Virus record (IMG/VR): IMGVR_UViG_3300013233_000109
Coordinates: 8,895 to 72,894 of that record
Reading direction: 5' to 3' (one strand)
Source: a virus
Length of the DNA stretch: 64,000 nt
Part shown: positions 1 through 10,462 of the stretch, in pieces
Layout: every line of letters begins with the position of its first letter
Numbering within the stretch: the first letter of the stretch is position 1
Notes under the pieces: generated by a model
Told to the model about the DNA's origin: nothing
Databases searched by the model: none
Seen by the model: only the letters and a program-made list of their open reading frames with translations
Translations under genes and position numbers: made by a program

Positions 1-830
1 GACGTATTGCGCAAAATCATGAACTTTTTTATGTTGCGATTTACTTCATCCCAGCTAGCATTTGTACGCTCGTATTCAAATCGTTTCCCTACGTTATCAA
101 TACTAAATGCGATTTCAACGTGCTTAAAATGTTCCCATACTTTAATGTATTCTTCCGGCCATTGTGTGCCGTTGGTATTGTAATGTATGCTAACATGCTT
201 GGCCCTATTACTATCTACTAGGCGCTGTAAGTACTGAAAATGTTCTTTAATTAAGAATGGTTCGCCACCTGTGAATTCTAAGTATTCTATTTGTGGACTA
301 AGCTGATCTAATTCGTTCCAGAATGCGCTTGCGTTGCGTGGCCATTGCCCGTGCTGTTTCATTTCATAATGAAAGCTTTTCTTTTTATCCCCCGTGACAA
401 ATCTTAGCTCTTCTCCGGCAAAGTTACTTGAACTCCAGCTACCGCATATACGACATTTTAAATTGCATATATTTCCTAGTTTTAAATCTAAAAATGATAG
501 CGTATTACTTTCTGTTGACCATTCTGATTTAGCAATAATGTCGCTAAGTCTATTTTGTGTATTTTGTCGCTTGCTAGTTCTACCGCTGTCTTCTTCATCC
601 CAGCACTTTCTGCAAGTCTTAGGGCGATTTCCTAGTAAAAATTGACCACGTAATTCTGTCATGTAGTTACTATCTTGGATGTCGGCCAACGATGCGGTGT
701 TTAAATCAAATTTATCGCCGTAGTTATCTACTATCTCATCGTCAGCTAAACAGCATGGGCGCACTGTTCCTATTGGGCTCGCTTCAAGTGATAACCACGG
801 TAGAACGCAAAATGTTTTATTTGGTATCAT
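1..830 (-). CDS. Radical SAM protein with N-terminal twitch-like domain (partial, runs off window start)
   Basis: Not in the ORF track. Manual translation from ATG at 830 (ATGA overlap with the stop of the 827..2458 gene): MIPNKTFCVLPWLSLEASPIGTVRPCC...CRKCW...LGNICNLKCRICGS...FTGGEPF...YNTNGT, i.e. CxxxCxxC and GGEP motifs. Confidence 0.9.
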   Translation of the reverse strand, partial: MIPNKTFCVLPWLSLEASPIGTVRPCCLADDEIVDNYGDKFDLNTASLADIQDSNYMTELRGQFLLGNRPKTCRKCWDEEDSGRTSKRQNTQNRLSDIIAKSEWSTESNTLSFLDLKLGNICNLKCRICGSWSSSNFAGEELRFVTGDKKKSFHYEMKQHGQWPRNASAFWNELDQLSPQIEYLEFTGGEPFLIKEHFQYLQRLVDSNRAKHVSIHYNTNGTQWPEEYIKVWEHFKHVEIAFSIDNVGKRFEYERTNASWDEVNRNIKKFMILRNT

Positions 831-2458
831 AAATCTTTTAACTCTGGTATGCCTTCAAAGAATATCTCGTTGCGTATACTATCTAACTCTTCTATGCGTT
901 TACGAAACTCCGGCAATAAATGTGTATTGTCTGTTGCATCTAGAAATGTTATTGCGCTCTCGAATCCTGTAGTGGCACGATTTAATCTGTCCTTGCCTGC
1001 TAGCCATTTGATGTGATCATCAAATGATTTGCGTATTTTATCTTTGTATGCTGGCGTAGCTATGTCTATTCTATAATGTGGAGGATCTTGTAATATATTC
1101 ACATTCAGATCTTGCGGCTTTAATAACCCTTTTTCTACCCAATCCTTGTGAAAGTCGGCTACGTGTAGCGCATTCATTATGCTCACTGTCGGGCTGATGT
1201 AGAAATCTACGCATGGGCATACTTCAAGCATACGTCTTCTATTTGCTTCTACATCAGCCCATTTAGTACCTGTTCGTATATACTCTGCGTGGGTGCCCAT
1301 TGCATCCAAACTCGCACCAACACTAACACTATCAAACTTTTTCCAGTAATCAAATACATCCCGATCTTTCAGTTTAACTTGAGTAAAGTTAGTGTTGTAT
1401 ATCAACCGTACATGAAACATCTCGCGACGTTCTAGTTCGTCTAGAATCTTGTAATGCTCTTCCATTGTCAGTGGTTCACCACCCGCAAAGTATATCTGTT
1501 CAACATGCTCGATGTGTTCCATTACTTGTTCAAACATGTCTGTTTTGTATTGTCCGGCATAATTTAATGCGGTGTGCTTGTCGCCCCAGGTATTATCACC
1601 ATGCAGCTTACTTAACGCAATCTGATCTTTATACCACGAGCTGCTGAATATATGCCCGCAACTTCGACAGCTTAAATTACATAGATTTGAGAATCTTACG
1701 TCCCAGTATGTCATCTCAAATCTATCTAGGTGGCCGTCTGCTTTTGTTTCTGCTACACGTTTTATATGATGCCCGTGGTGCTTATTAGCTGATTTCCTAC
1801 CGCTAAAGAACCCACTTGCTTCTTGCTCGTAGCATTTGCTGCACATCGGGTTATCTGTATTAGACATCATATCTACTCGTAATTGTTTCATTTTTAGCGA
1901 GTTCCATATCGTAGCTAAGCTATTTTCTTTTGTATTACCTACGCTACCGACTTTCATATCACTGTGACAACACGGCCATGTTTCGCCAGTTGGAAAAGTA
2001 TGCAGGTGATTCCACGGATATATACAGAATGTTTTACTTTGTGTTAACATAAATTCTTCGTCGCTAGTTAACTCTGATAACGCAATACCTAGTGGTAACA
2101 CAGAATTATATGTTTGTCTTAATTCACTTGCTGCTACAATTATTGTGTCAGTGGCTAGCTGTACTTCGCAATGCGATTCAAATTTATTGTTTGTTACTAT
2201 TATTATAAAACATGGCGTAATGTCAACTTCGGCTATAAGCGATGCTAGTGTACTATATAAATTAGCATCGCCTTGCACTAACAGTGATATTATTACACGC
2301 TCAGATGGTGTGTACGTTGATCTATGTGCGTTTAATAATTGTGTGCGTAACCATTCGTACCTGGCGTATATGGGCTGCGCAAACCAATTATCAAGATTTA
2401 TTGTAGCTACTATATCATATTCGCTATTTAGTGTTGCTACTATTTGTGATTTATTCAT
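827..2458 (-). CDS. Radical SAM protein with N-terminal twitch domain and an extra ~140-aa N-terminal extension
   Basis: FCIYPW...PCC...CSKCY (twitch-like cysteines) precede SNLCNLSCRSC, FAGGEPL and YNTN. Confidence 0.92.
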   Translation of the reverse strand: MNKSQIVATLNSEYDIVATINLDNWFAQPIYARYEWLRTQLLNAHRSTYTPSERVIISLLVQGDANLYSTLASLIAEVDITPCFIIIVTNNKFESHCEVQLATDTIIVAASELRQTYNSVLPLGIALSELTSDEEFMLTQSKTFCIYPWNHLHTFPTGETWPCCHSDMKVGSVGNTKENSLATIWNSLKMKQLRVDMMSNTDNPMCSKCYEQEASGFFSGRKSANKHHGHHIKRVAETKADGHLDRFEMTYWDVRFSNLCNLSCRSCGHIFSSSWYKDQIALSKLHGDNTWGDKHTALNYAGQYKTDMFEQVMEHIEHVEQIYFAGGEPLTMEEHYKILDELERREMFHVRLIYNTNFTQVKLKDRDVFDYWKKFDSVSVGASLDAMGTHAEYIRTGTKWADVEANRRRMLEVCPCVDFYISPTVSIMNALHVADFHKDWVEKGLLKPQDLNVNILQDPPHYRIDIATPAYKDKIRKSFDDHIKWLAGKDRLNRATTGFESAITFLDATDNTHLLPEFRKRIEELDSIRNEIFFEGIPELKDL

Positions 2459-2459
2459 C

Positions 2460-2708
2460 CTAACTCCATTTTAATTGAAACATTGGTAAACTTGATTCAT
2501 TTGTTAACTCTACTATCATCCCGGTGCGAACTCCTGTGTTTGTTTCTGCTAGCCATTTGTCTAACACATCTTCATTTAATGCCCAGTAGCGCCAATCGCG
2601 TAATAATACAGCGTTGCTGCTCGCCACAAGCATAAAACGTGTTATAGACTCGTGTACCATTCTGCTAAATCGTTCTATTGATCGTCGTAGCTTGTAACTT
2701 ATGTGCAA
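2460..2708 (-). CDS. Small hypothetical protein ending in MFQLKWS
   Basis: Fills the gap between co-oriented genes and ends 1 nt before the next start; start uncertain. Confidence 0.6.
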   Translation of the reverse strand: MHISYKLRRSIERFSRMVHESITRFMLVASSNAVLLRDWRYWALNEDVLDKWLAETNTGVRTGMIVELTNESSLPMFQLKWS

Positions 2709-3333
2709 TTGTTTGACAAGACCATTCCGTGTATAGTTTACGCACTAATTCAAGGTTTAACGCTAGCCCCATAATGAGATTTATTTTTTTAATTTCTGCC
2801 AGAAATAACGTAACGTTAGCGAAACTCTCGTACGGGAAGTTGATTTCCTCTTTTATTTGGGCCATGAGCGGGTGTTTTGATAATCGCTCAATTGCACGCT
2901 TCTCTTTATTTATATCTAGCGAGTATCCTTTAACACGTTGATTATCAAGTAACTTCTGCTCGTCACTTCGACTCACCGAAATGTTAATTATATATTTCCA
3001 AAATATACTTCCGTACAGTACGTCGATGTCATTATCTAAGTCAGTTGGATGTTGAGGCATGATTAGGCCTAGATTGGAGCTTTCGTACATATGAAATGGT
3101 ATATGCCCGTAGTGACCGGATATTATTGTAATTTCGTTACTGTGCCATTTGCCGTTACTAGTGTGGAATGATAACGAATGATTAATAAACCGTTGGGATT
3201 CATTTACTTTATTTCGGTAATCAGTTTGTGTATTGCATGCATCACCGATAACTGTTTTTTCACTTAGTGTTAATGCCTTATATAACAAGTTTCCTGAACT
3301 ACCAGGTAAATATCGAATCAATGCTAATAACAC
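2665..3333 (-). CDS. Hypothetical protein, possibly P-loop/sulfotransferase-like fold
   Basis: N-terminal IRYLPGSSGNLL resembles the motif in 41002..41877; co-oriented within the operon. Confidence 0.55.
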   Translation of the reverse strand: MLLALIRYLPGSSGNLLYKALTLSEKTVIGDACNTQTDYRNKVNESQRFINHSLSFHTSNGKWHSNEITIISGHYGHIPFHMYESSNLGLIMPQHPTDLDNDIDVLYGSIFWKYIINISVSRSDEQKLLDNQRVKGYSLDINKEKRAIERLSKHPLMAQIKEEINFPYESFANVTLFLAEIKKINLIMGLALNLELVRKLYTEWSCQTIAHKLQATTINRTI

Positions 3334-3355
3334 TATTGCAACTCCTGCGATTCTT

Positions 3356-4711
3356 TCATAAGTTCGTGTACCATTCTGCTAAATCCGGGAAGGTTTCTTT
3401 GAAGTTTTTGCCTCTGCGTTTATCGTATTGTTCGAAGAATTTTTTAAAGTCATTGTGCAATGATGGCATATCAAATGTTCCATCGTGCGGTGTCTTTACT
3501 ACATCTAAATAATCTATTAATCGCTGTAATTGATTTAATTCCATTTGGTGTAGCAGTTTATTATCTTTGTTAGTATCTAACCACTTTTGCAGGTCTTCTT
3601 TGTACTTAGTTCTTATATTGTCGGGCAGGATTAATGCGCTCTGGAATGATGGAAAACGTAATATGTTCAACGAGAACGTTGGATAATCTTTGCCATGCGT
3701 TTTCTTTATGCGTAATACATAATTTAAGAAATCTGGTAGTGTGTCTAAACATAACGCATTCACCGTGCACATCATGTGAAATCCTTGTACGCTGCCTTTT
3801 GTTAATATTTTATCTACGTTTCCTGCCCACCGATCCCATACTAAACCATCTCGGATATATTCTGCTTGCTCGAACATGCTCTCATTGCTAGTGTATAACT
3901 GGAAGTTTTTTATTCCGTGACTAGCATCTATTAGCTTATCTATTAACGCATCTTTGGCACCTAGATTGGTATTTATAGCAAACTGCATATCTGTTTTCTT
4001 CTTTGTAAACCATTCTAATAATCTAAACGTGTGCTTTGACATGAGTGGCTCACCACCTGTTAAACGTAGTTCTTGTAATGATTCGTGGAGGTCAGATTCC
4101 CACCATTTAAAGAATGCTTCTACGTACGGATTTGTTTCATCTTTAGCGAATGGTTCTGCGCTGTCGTGCGTGTGTGTAAAGTGATTACGACCGTCACTTA
4201 CTAAGTCCACAAACGGTCCGTTGACTTTTAAATCTTTGACCCATTCTGTACTAAATGCAGGATTACAATAGCTGCAACTAAAATTACATGTGCGGTCAAA
4301 AGCAATTTCCAAAGTCTTAAGATTAACGTCGGTTGATTCTGCTTCCATTTTTGAAACGTATTCTACGTCTTTGTCATCATAAATTACACTCTTATATACT
4401 CTGTCAGATATATTATCGCGGCCGATGTCTTCGACTTTCCAGCAGTACTGACATCCTGCTGGGCGTTCGTTGTTTTGCATCTGCTTGCGTTCTGCTTTCT
4501 TTTGCTGTGTGTTGTGTATTGCTGCTGGATTATCTTTAATTTCATTAATATTTATTTGATGTGGTAGTGGATGATGGCAGCTGGTTGTTTGTCCACTTCC
4601 TAGCCATATAGTGGCATTATACCATTTAGCTAAGCAAAGAGAAGTACTGTATGAATTAAGATAATCTCTTATTTCTAGATCGGTTTTTCTTGTTTCTTTT
4701 CTTAAACTCAT
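3356..4711 (-). CDS. Radical SAM protein with N-terminal twitch domain
   Basis: CLAKW...SCHH...CQYCW, DRTCNFSCSYC, LTGGEPL, INTNL. Confidence 0.92.
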   Translation of the reverse strand: MSLRKETRKTDLEIRDYLNSYSTSLCLAKWYNATIWLGSGQTTSCHHPLPHQININEIKDNPAAIHNTQQKKAERKQMQNNERPAGCQYCWKVEDIGRDNISDRVYKSVIYDDKDVEYVSKMEAESTDVNLKTLEIAFDRTCNFSCSYCNPAFSTEWVKDLKVNGPFVDLVSDGRNHFTHTHDSAEPFAKDETNPYVEAFFKWWESDLHESLQELRLTGGEPLMSKHTFRLLEWFTKKKTDMQFAINTNLGAKDALIDKLIDASHGIKNFQLYTSNESMFEQAEYIRDGLVWDRWAGNVDKILTKGSVQGFHMMCTVNALCLDTLPDFLNYVLRIKKTHGKDYPTFSLNILRFPSFQSALILPDNIRTKYKEDLQKWLDTNKDNKLLHQMELNQLQRLIDYLDVVKTPHDGTFDMPSLHNDFKKFFEQYDKRRGKNFKETFPDLAEWYTNL

Positions 4712-5856
4712 TTACTGTGCCCCGGGATATTGTCCTCAATTAAGAATTTTAGTTCATCTGGTACAGCTAACTTATTCCGTAAACTGAATTGCTTAAAGAA
4801 TGATTGCTGATCTGTTCTAAGATCGTTATTGTACACTGTATTAGTTAACAGATTTATTATAATTTGCAGTAATTCCGATTCATCACTGCTCTTGTGTTTA
4901 ACGCAATCTAGTATCGATTGCGCTTTTATTTTTTCAGAGGGGGTTAAAATCTCAAAACTGTTAACACGCGGTGTTTTGCAATTCTCTAAGCTCCACAAAA
5001 TTCTTCCGGGATATTGTTCCTTTATTTTATATATATATTTATGTAACTCGTTAAGACCCCATACTGTGTGTGCTGTTATCAATGACAGGAACCTTATTTG
5101 GACTGTTGTATTATCTAATAGCCAGTGTAAATTACTATTGAATAAATTAAAATCAAATCCTGCACGAATGTACGATGTAATTCCTGGGCTAGCATCTATA
5201 CTTGGCTGAATTTCAATAATTGCGTCTTTTGATAACAGTGTGTTTATAATCTCTTTGCTTTTAAAGTTAAGATTAGTGGCTACCCGGACGGTAAGACCAT
5301 CTATGTCAATTTGATCTATCAACTCGCTAAACAACGGAGTAATAAATGGTTCGCCACCTAATATAGTTAGCATACTAGCTGGTTTATTGCTATTATAATA
5401 AGATACTAACTTATTAAGGAGCGAACCGGTGTTGCTATGTATAAAATTTAGTTGGTGTGCGTCAAATTTTATGTCGTACGGACCATTTGTTTTAAGGTCT
5501 CCTTCCCACTGCGAACTAAAAGCAGAATTACAGTAAGCACAAGTAAAATTACACAGGTTTCCTATGTTGAGTTGCAAACGATCAATTGCTAAACTCCCGG
5601 CCCACTCTCTGAGTTTAATATGCCGCATTGATTCTTTTCCATTCTCTTCAGTCTTCCAGCAATAATTGCATGACGCGTCCTTAATTCCTGCTAGCAAATT
5701 GCTACGCTGATGTGCTAACGTGTTAGCTACATCTTCGCCCTGCACAGGGATTGCTAGTGCTCGGCAACACCCGTACAAGTAATTTGACCGCGGGTTGTAT
5801 ACCACTTCTTGCCACTTTGCTGGGCAAAATGAATGCTTGTTTTTATCTGTGAGCAT
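4708..5856 (-). CDS. Radical SAM protein with N-terminal twitch domain (divergent paralogue)
   Basis: CPAKW...GCC...CNYCW, GNLCNFTCAYC, LGGEPF. Likely start is the ATG at 5856 (MLTDKN), overlapping the upstream stop. Confidence 0.88.
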   Translation of the reverse strand: MLTDKNKHSFCPAKWQEVVYNPRSNYLYGCCRALAIPVQGEDVANTLAHQRSNLLAGIKDASCNYCWKTEENGKESMRHIKLREWAGSLAIDRLQLNIGNLCNFTCAYCNSAFSSQWEGDLKTNGPYDIKFDAHQLNFIHSNTGSLLNKLVSYYNSNKPASMLTILGGEPFITPLFSELIDQIDIDGLTVRVATNLNFKSKEIINTLLSKDAIIEIQPSIDASPGITSYIRAGFDFNLFNSNLHWLLDNTTVQIRFLSLITAHTVWGLNELHKYIYKIKEQYPGRILWSLENCKTPRVNSFEILTPSEKIKAQSILDCVKHKSSDESELLQIIINLLTNTVYNNDLRTDQQSFFKQFSLRNKLAVPDELKFLIEDNIPGHSK

Positions 5857-7213
5857 AGTATTTACATTCTTCCCAAAATGTTTGTAACTCCGGAAAATAA
5901 TCCAGGAAATTTTCATTGTGTCTATTATCTGCTTCTTTGAAGAAATTATAGAAATTTGCTTTCTTTTGTTCTACATTATCTGTGCTATTACGCATCCACG
6001 CAATGTCTCTGTCTAAGCGGGCTATTTCGTAATCTTTGAATCCATGATAGCGATTAGCACTTGTTTCTATGTTATCTTCCATGAACATTTTAATTTTTTC
6101 TAACTCAGCAGTGTATTGCTCAGGTAATATTTGCATACTTTGCCACTCAGGTGTACGCAATACTGGCGTGTCAAACCACACACGCTGATAATCTTTGCTA
6201 TGTGTTTTGCGTAATAATAAAATACCTTCTATTAATTTGTTGAGATTTTGGATAGATAGATTATTCATTGTTATTATAAATGTAATACTACTGTAATTTG
6301 GCACTTCTGTCAAGTACTGATTTACTCTTTCCCATAATAAATCAAAATCTAGTCCGTGGCGTATATATTCTGCTTGCTTGCCCCAGGTGTCTACAGAGAC
6401 GTATTGCATAAAATGTTCTATCTTCCCTGTAGTTAATTGCTTAACATATCCTAGGTACTTATCCCATAACTTTTGCTCCACTGATAAATTACTTGTTACG
6501 TTTAAGTGTAGATCGCTCTTTGGATTTGCTAATACATAATCAAATACTTTATATGTGTTTTTATCCATTAATGGCTCACCGCCTGTCATTCTAAAATGTA
6601 TTAAATCTTTATATAGTTCCGGCCACCATTCCCAGAACGCATTAACATACGGGTTATCTTCGCTATGTGGAATTACTCTGCGTTTGCCTGTGAAATATTG
6701 CGGATCGTTGTGCGGGGGTTGTGTCGGGTAGGCTCCGTGCTGCTTAACTTCTCCCATCCACTTAGAGGAAAACTGCGGGGAGCAATATGAACAGGCTAAA
6801 TTACACGCATTATTAAAATTAACCTCAACATACGACGGCGTTGTGTTGGCTAGCGGATTAGCTACTATGGTATCAAAATCTTTTGCTGCCCATGGCTCGC
6901 CTGATCTATAATGTCTGTCACTTAGCTTGTTATTATCTTCCATATCCCAGCAATAGCTACATTCTGCAGGGCGTTCGCCATTGATCATTTGCTTGCGTGC
7001 TACTGCTTTTTCTTTAGTGTTATGCAGGGCGCTCGGATCTAATTTTATATCATCTATGCTAATTTGATGTAAAGGGGGGTGATAGCAACTATTATTAAGT
7101 CCGGTGGGCAGATGTAAGCTTAGTTGTTTCCACTTAGCTAAGCACATGCTAGGGCTCACGGTTGCTAGCTTTTCCTTGGCTTTTTCTGCGTCGCTTAGAA
7201 ACTTACTTACCAT
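5843..7213 (-). CDS. Radical SAM protein with N-terminal twitch domain
   Basis: CLAKW...SCYH...CSYCW, NNACNLACSYC, MTGGEPL; clear paralogue of 3356..4711. Confidence 0.92.
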   Translation of the reverse strand: MVSKFLSDAEKAKEKLATVSPSMCLAKWKQLSLHLPTGLNNSCYHPPLHQISIDDIKLDPSALHNTKEKAVARKQMINGERPAECSYCWDMEDNNKLSDRHYRSGEPWAAKDFDTIVANPLANTTPSYVEVNFNNACNLACSYCSPQFSSKWMGEVKQHGAYPTQPPHNDPQYFTGKRRVIPHSEDNPYVNAFWEWWPELYKDLIHFRMTGGEPLMDKNTYKVFDYVLANPKSDLHLNVTSNLSVEQKLWDKYLGYVKQLTTGKIEHFMQYVSVDTWGKQAEYIRHGLDFDLLWERVNQYLTEVPNYSSITFIITMNNLSIQNLNKLIEGILLLRKTHSKDYQRVWFDTPVLRTPEWQSMQILPEQYTAELEKIKMFMEDNIETSANRYHGFKDYEIARLDRDIAWMRNSTDNVEQKKANFYNFFKEADNRHNENFLDYFPELQTFWEECKYYAHR

Positions 7214-8130
7214 CCTTCTTGGTTCCGTATCACGTCGATTTCGCGCACGGTTGCTCCTTTATTATGCCAGTTAGATTGATAGTGATGCTTAAAGAAAGCA
7301 CTAGCACTAGCGTCAGGCGTTATGATGGGAAGATCTAGCTGTGTTTTTAATTCCCTGCCGATTTCTAGTAACATTGTTGGTAAATCAGTTACTTGCGATT
7401 TGTAAATCTCTGCTAGCTTCGCAAAATCTTGTACATCTTTATAATCCCAATCACTTAACATAGTCATTTGTGTTCCCATACGTGCGCCAAGTTGCGCGTA
7501 CAAGCCGTATTCAACATCGCTGCCTACATTGTGCCATATGCTTAAATGATCCATATTACGTTTATGCACACTATCTTTAAAATCAATCAATGATGGTTTT
7601 GTTCCTCTATTTAAACACATTTTTACGCCTTCACGGAAACCTGCGCGCCATGCGTGAAACTTGCTGCCGTTTGGGTATGTTGTGCTATAACAATCATGCA
7701 TTGCCCAGTACAGGGGGTCAAAACAAAACTCTACATCAGTATCATCGCTGCCATCGGATGCTTCATGTGTTTTCATATTATATATAAAGTCTTTAGTCCA
7801 GCAACTAATTCCGCCATTACCATACATTAATCCGTTAATGTGGTTTCTTGCACGCCAACGATACACTGCTTTATTGTACTGGTCGTCTTTGATATCTAAT
7901 ACTAAATTAAAAAAGTACGGGTCGGGAAGATTGTCGCCATCGATTAAAATAAATCTGTCGGTTGTACTAGCGTCAGCTGCGGCTTTATGTGCGGCATCGC
8001 TACCCTTGACTCCGTCTACTCTTGTGGCCCATGGAATCATGTTTTTTATTTTTACCCAGTATTCTTCCTTCTGTGGCTCGTCATAACTTAAATAGATACA
8101 ATCCATGTCTGCGATATCAATCTGTCTCAT
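7207..8130 (-). CDS. GT-A fold glycosyltransferase-like protein
   Basis: YLSYDEP N-terminal strand and FILIDGDN DxD motif. Confidence 0.7.
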   Translation of the reverse strand: MRQIDIADMDCIYLSYDEPQKEEYWVKIKNMIPWATRVDGVKGSDAAHKAAADASTTDRFILIDGDNLPDPYFFNLVLDIKDDQYNKAVYRWRARNHINGLMYGNGGISCWTKDFIYNMKTHEASDGSDDTDVEFCFDPLYWAMHDCYSTTYPNGSKFHAWRAGFREGVKMCLNRGTKPSLIDFKDSVHKRNMDHLSIWHNVGSDVEYGLYAQLGARMGTQMTMLSDWDYKDVQDFAKLAEIYKSQVTDLPTMLLEIGRELKTQLDLPIITPDASASAFFKHHYQSNWHNKGATVREIDVIRNQEGW

Positions 8131-8470
8131 ACGTTTTTGTTTCCCATTGTGTTGTCGAATTATTATCTATTAGTGTAATGTCAGTATCGTTAGTACTAAC
8201 GCCATTTGTGCTCGGTACTAATTTACCTATCGAAATTAAATTTTTCTTGTGAATTTCACCATCTTTAATAAAGATATTTTTGTCGCCTATAGCAAATTGC
8301 TCAGGTGTTATTGTTATATAATCACCTTCTAATTCCTGCATAGAATATGTTACTGTTGATGCTGTATAATATAATCTAAAAAATATACTCTGCTTAACAG
8401 GGGTATTAATTAATTTTTCTGCTTCTCTGAAGAATTTATCATCTAATGTTGTGTTTGTTATATTGTGCAT
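8117..8470 (-). CDS. Hypothetical protein
   Basis: ORF overlapping both neighbours in the operon. Confidence 0.7.
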   Translation of the reverse strand: MHNITNTTLDDKFFREAEKLINTPVKQSIFFRLYYTASTVTYSMQELEGDYITITPEQFAIGDKNIFIKDGEIHKKNLISIGKLVPSTNGVSTNDTDITLIDNNSTTQWETKTYETD

Positions 8471-9254
8471 TAATTACCTCGCTAAATTGTTTTATATTAT
8501 AATGAAATGGATACTGCTGATCTATTGTGTTAATTCTTATATTCGATCCACTAAATTCATAAATCATTTCTTTGGTCCAGTCTTCGGATTGCAGCCAATT
8601 TATTCGCCCTTTCATATGTATCAATGTTGGATAGCTAGTACTTGGTAATGTTACAGTATCTACTCCAATCGCTAGTGCTGCTAACGCATAAACTAAATCT
8701 GTAGTTCCGTGATCTGTTTTGCCTAGCTTTATTTTTGTCTGTACTTCTTCCCAATTCTCAAATAATTCACGTACTGTTGCGAAGAATTTTGCTGCGGTTT
8801 TGCTAAATCTCCAGTACGTTATAGCATTGTATACGTCCGGTAATTTGTTGGCGTCAAATATTTTTCTATAATGGCGCTCGGTTGTTAGCTCATTTTTGTA
8901 ATTACGTGCGCCTATTGTTAATACTACATCGCGTTTCCGTAACATTGTCCACCAGTGATCTATACTATGCGGAATTATCATATCTGCTTCGATTTTTATT
9001 GTCTCGCGAAATGGACTTGCTGCGAATACTTGCCAGTCATTTGCGTACGGATTTTCAGTGTTAACTGGATAGGGGAATTTTATTATGTAATCAAAAATAG
9101 TATTATCTATGGTATCATTTGTTAGTATTGCTATTTTTGCAGCAGGGGTGTGAATCTTTATACTTCTTGCACACGCTATCGCACAATTAACGTAATCTAC
9201 ATCCGCTGTATTACTTGCTACTATTAAATATCCTTGCTCAGCTAATATCGGCAT
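8439..9254 (-). CDS. GT-A fold glycosyltransferase-like protein (GT8-like)
   Basis: GYLIVA...SIK...IAILT, SPFRETIKIEADM (ExD variant of DxD), late IHMK motif. Confidence 0.72.
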   Translation of the reverse strand: MPILAEQGYLIVASNTADVDYVNCAIACARSIKIHTPAAKIAILTNDTIDNTIFDYIIKFPYPVNTENPYANDWQVFAASPFRETIKIEADMIIPHSIDHWWTMLRKRDVVLTIGARNYKNELTTERHYRKIFDANKLPDVYNAITYWRFSKTAAKFFATVRELFENWEEVQTKIKLGKTDHGTTDLVYALAALAIGVDTVTLPSTSYPTLIHMKGRINWLQSEDWTKEMIYEFSGSNIRINTIDQQYPFHYNIKQFSEVINAQYNKHNIR

Positions 9255-10062
9255 TTATCATATCCTCCATTGCGAATTTATTTAAACAGTGAAAATCTGT
9301 TGTTACTATCGATCGCATTAGTCGCATTTTGTTCCTGGACCATTTTTCATATGTTATCTCAAATTCAGTGTCAGATAGCTGTGTGGCGTATATGTCGTTT
9401 AATGCTGTAGGCAAATGCCAGGGGATGGTTGGTATTGCATCTAGTCTGTGACCGTGCATTATTGATTGCGCTATACTTACTGCATAATCATTCCTGTACG
9501 GTAGTGAATTAAATTTATATATATTACTGTAGAATTTATAATTATCTTTTATCATTGTTATTGTATCGAACATTTCTTTTGCGAAGTCACTTTTGCGGAA
9601 ATATAATATAGTTGCCCAGTAATGTGGCATTTTTGTTTGGCCAAATGTTTGATACGCCGATAAACTATTTTTACTGGCTACATCGTATACATTCCTGTGA
9701 CAGAGAAAATCATGTGGATTATTAAATAATTTGTTTAGCTGATCTGAATTAACAATGTAATCACTGTCGATTACTACTGTTTCGTCATATGGGCTAATGT
9801 CGTATGCTTGGTATCGGTTTACATTGTACCAGTGATCTATTTTATCTTTAGTGTGTATATCGAAATTACGCTTAGATTTTGTCTCTGCTTCGGCTATTAC
9901 TATATTATGTTTAATATTTTTATCAGCTAGTGAGTTTGTATCTGTTACTATTGTTGTCGGCTTATCTAAGAAGCGCGAAATGCGATCTGCTACCCACACT
10001 GCTTGCGATAAATAATCTAATGTTTTATTATTAAATGCGAATATTAAAAAGCCTTGGCTCAT
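9238..10062 (-). CDS. GT-A fold glycosyltransferase-like protein (GT8-like)
   Basis: GFLIFA...SPYDETVVIDSDY (DxD), RND motif; paralogue of 8439..9254. Start at MSQGF (10062). Confidence 0.75.
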   Translation of the reverse strand: MSQGFLIFAFNNKTLDYLSQAVWVADRISRFLDKPTTIVTDTNSLADKNIKHNIVIAEAETKSKRNFDIHTKDKIDHWYNVNRYQAYDISPYDETVVIDSDYIVNSDQLNKLFNNPHDFLCHRNVYDVASKNSLSAYQTFGQTKMPHYWATILYFRKSDFAKEMFDTITMIKDNYKFYSNIYKFNSLPYRNDYAVSIAQSIMHGHRLDAIPTIPWHLPTALNDIYATQLSDTEFEITYEKWSRNKMRLMRSIVTTDFHCLNKFAMEDMINADIS

Positions 10063-10355
10063 CGTTGCTTCTGTAATGTTTCGTATTCTGCGTGCCATGC
10101 GTTCAATTGTTCTTGATACCGCATTGCTGCTTCGGTGTGTAATTCGCTTGGTTTAACTTTACATGGATTTCCGTACTCGTCGAGTAATACAATTTCTCTT
10201 GCTGTTCCGTACACTAGCGTTAATGCTAATATTTCAGGGCCGGCTTTCCACATGCCCTCAAATGCTGTAAATAGCATTTTTGCTTCGTATTTTTCCGTAA
10301 GTGTTTGCTTTGCTGCTTCGTGGTCGAATCGTGCTTTTATTGTGTCTGCTATCAT
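10059..10355 (-). CDS. Hypothetical protein, first gene of the GT/radical SAM operon
   Basis: ATG at 10355 lies 5 nt downstream of a TGTAAATA late-type promoter. Confidence 0.75.
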   Translation of the reverse strand: MIADTIKARFDHEAAKQTLTEKYEAKMLFTAFEGMWKAGPEILALTLVYGTAREIVLLDEYGNPCKVKPSELHTEAAMRYQEQLNAWHAEYETLQKQR

Positions 10356-10360
10356 ATTAG

Positions 10361-10408
10361 TATTTACACCTCTTTTACTAGTATAACATAATTTGATACG
10401 CAAGTCAA
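10361..10408 (-). promoter_or_regulatory. Tandem sigma70-type and late-type promoters for the GT/radical SAM operon
   Basis: Minus strand TTGACT-N17-TATACT (10408-10380) with an extended TG, then TGTAAATA (10368-10361). Confidence 0.75.
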
Positions 10409-10437
10409 AATAAAAGAGCTATAAAAGCCCTTTTATT
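10407..10437 (-). terminator. Rho-independent terminator after the tail-fibre block
   Basis: Minus strand AATAAAAGGGCT-TTTAT-AGCTCTTTTATTTT hairpin with U tail. Confidence 0.65.
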
Positions 10438-10462
10438 GTATTACTGTATTGCTAGCTAGATA

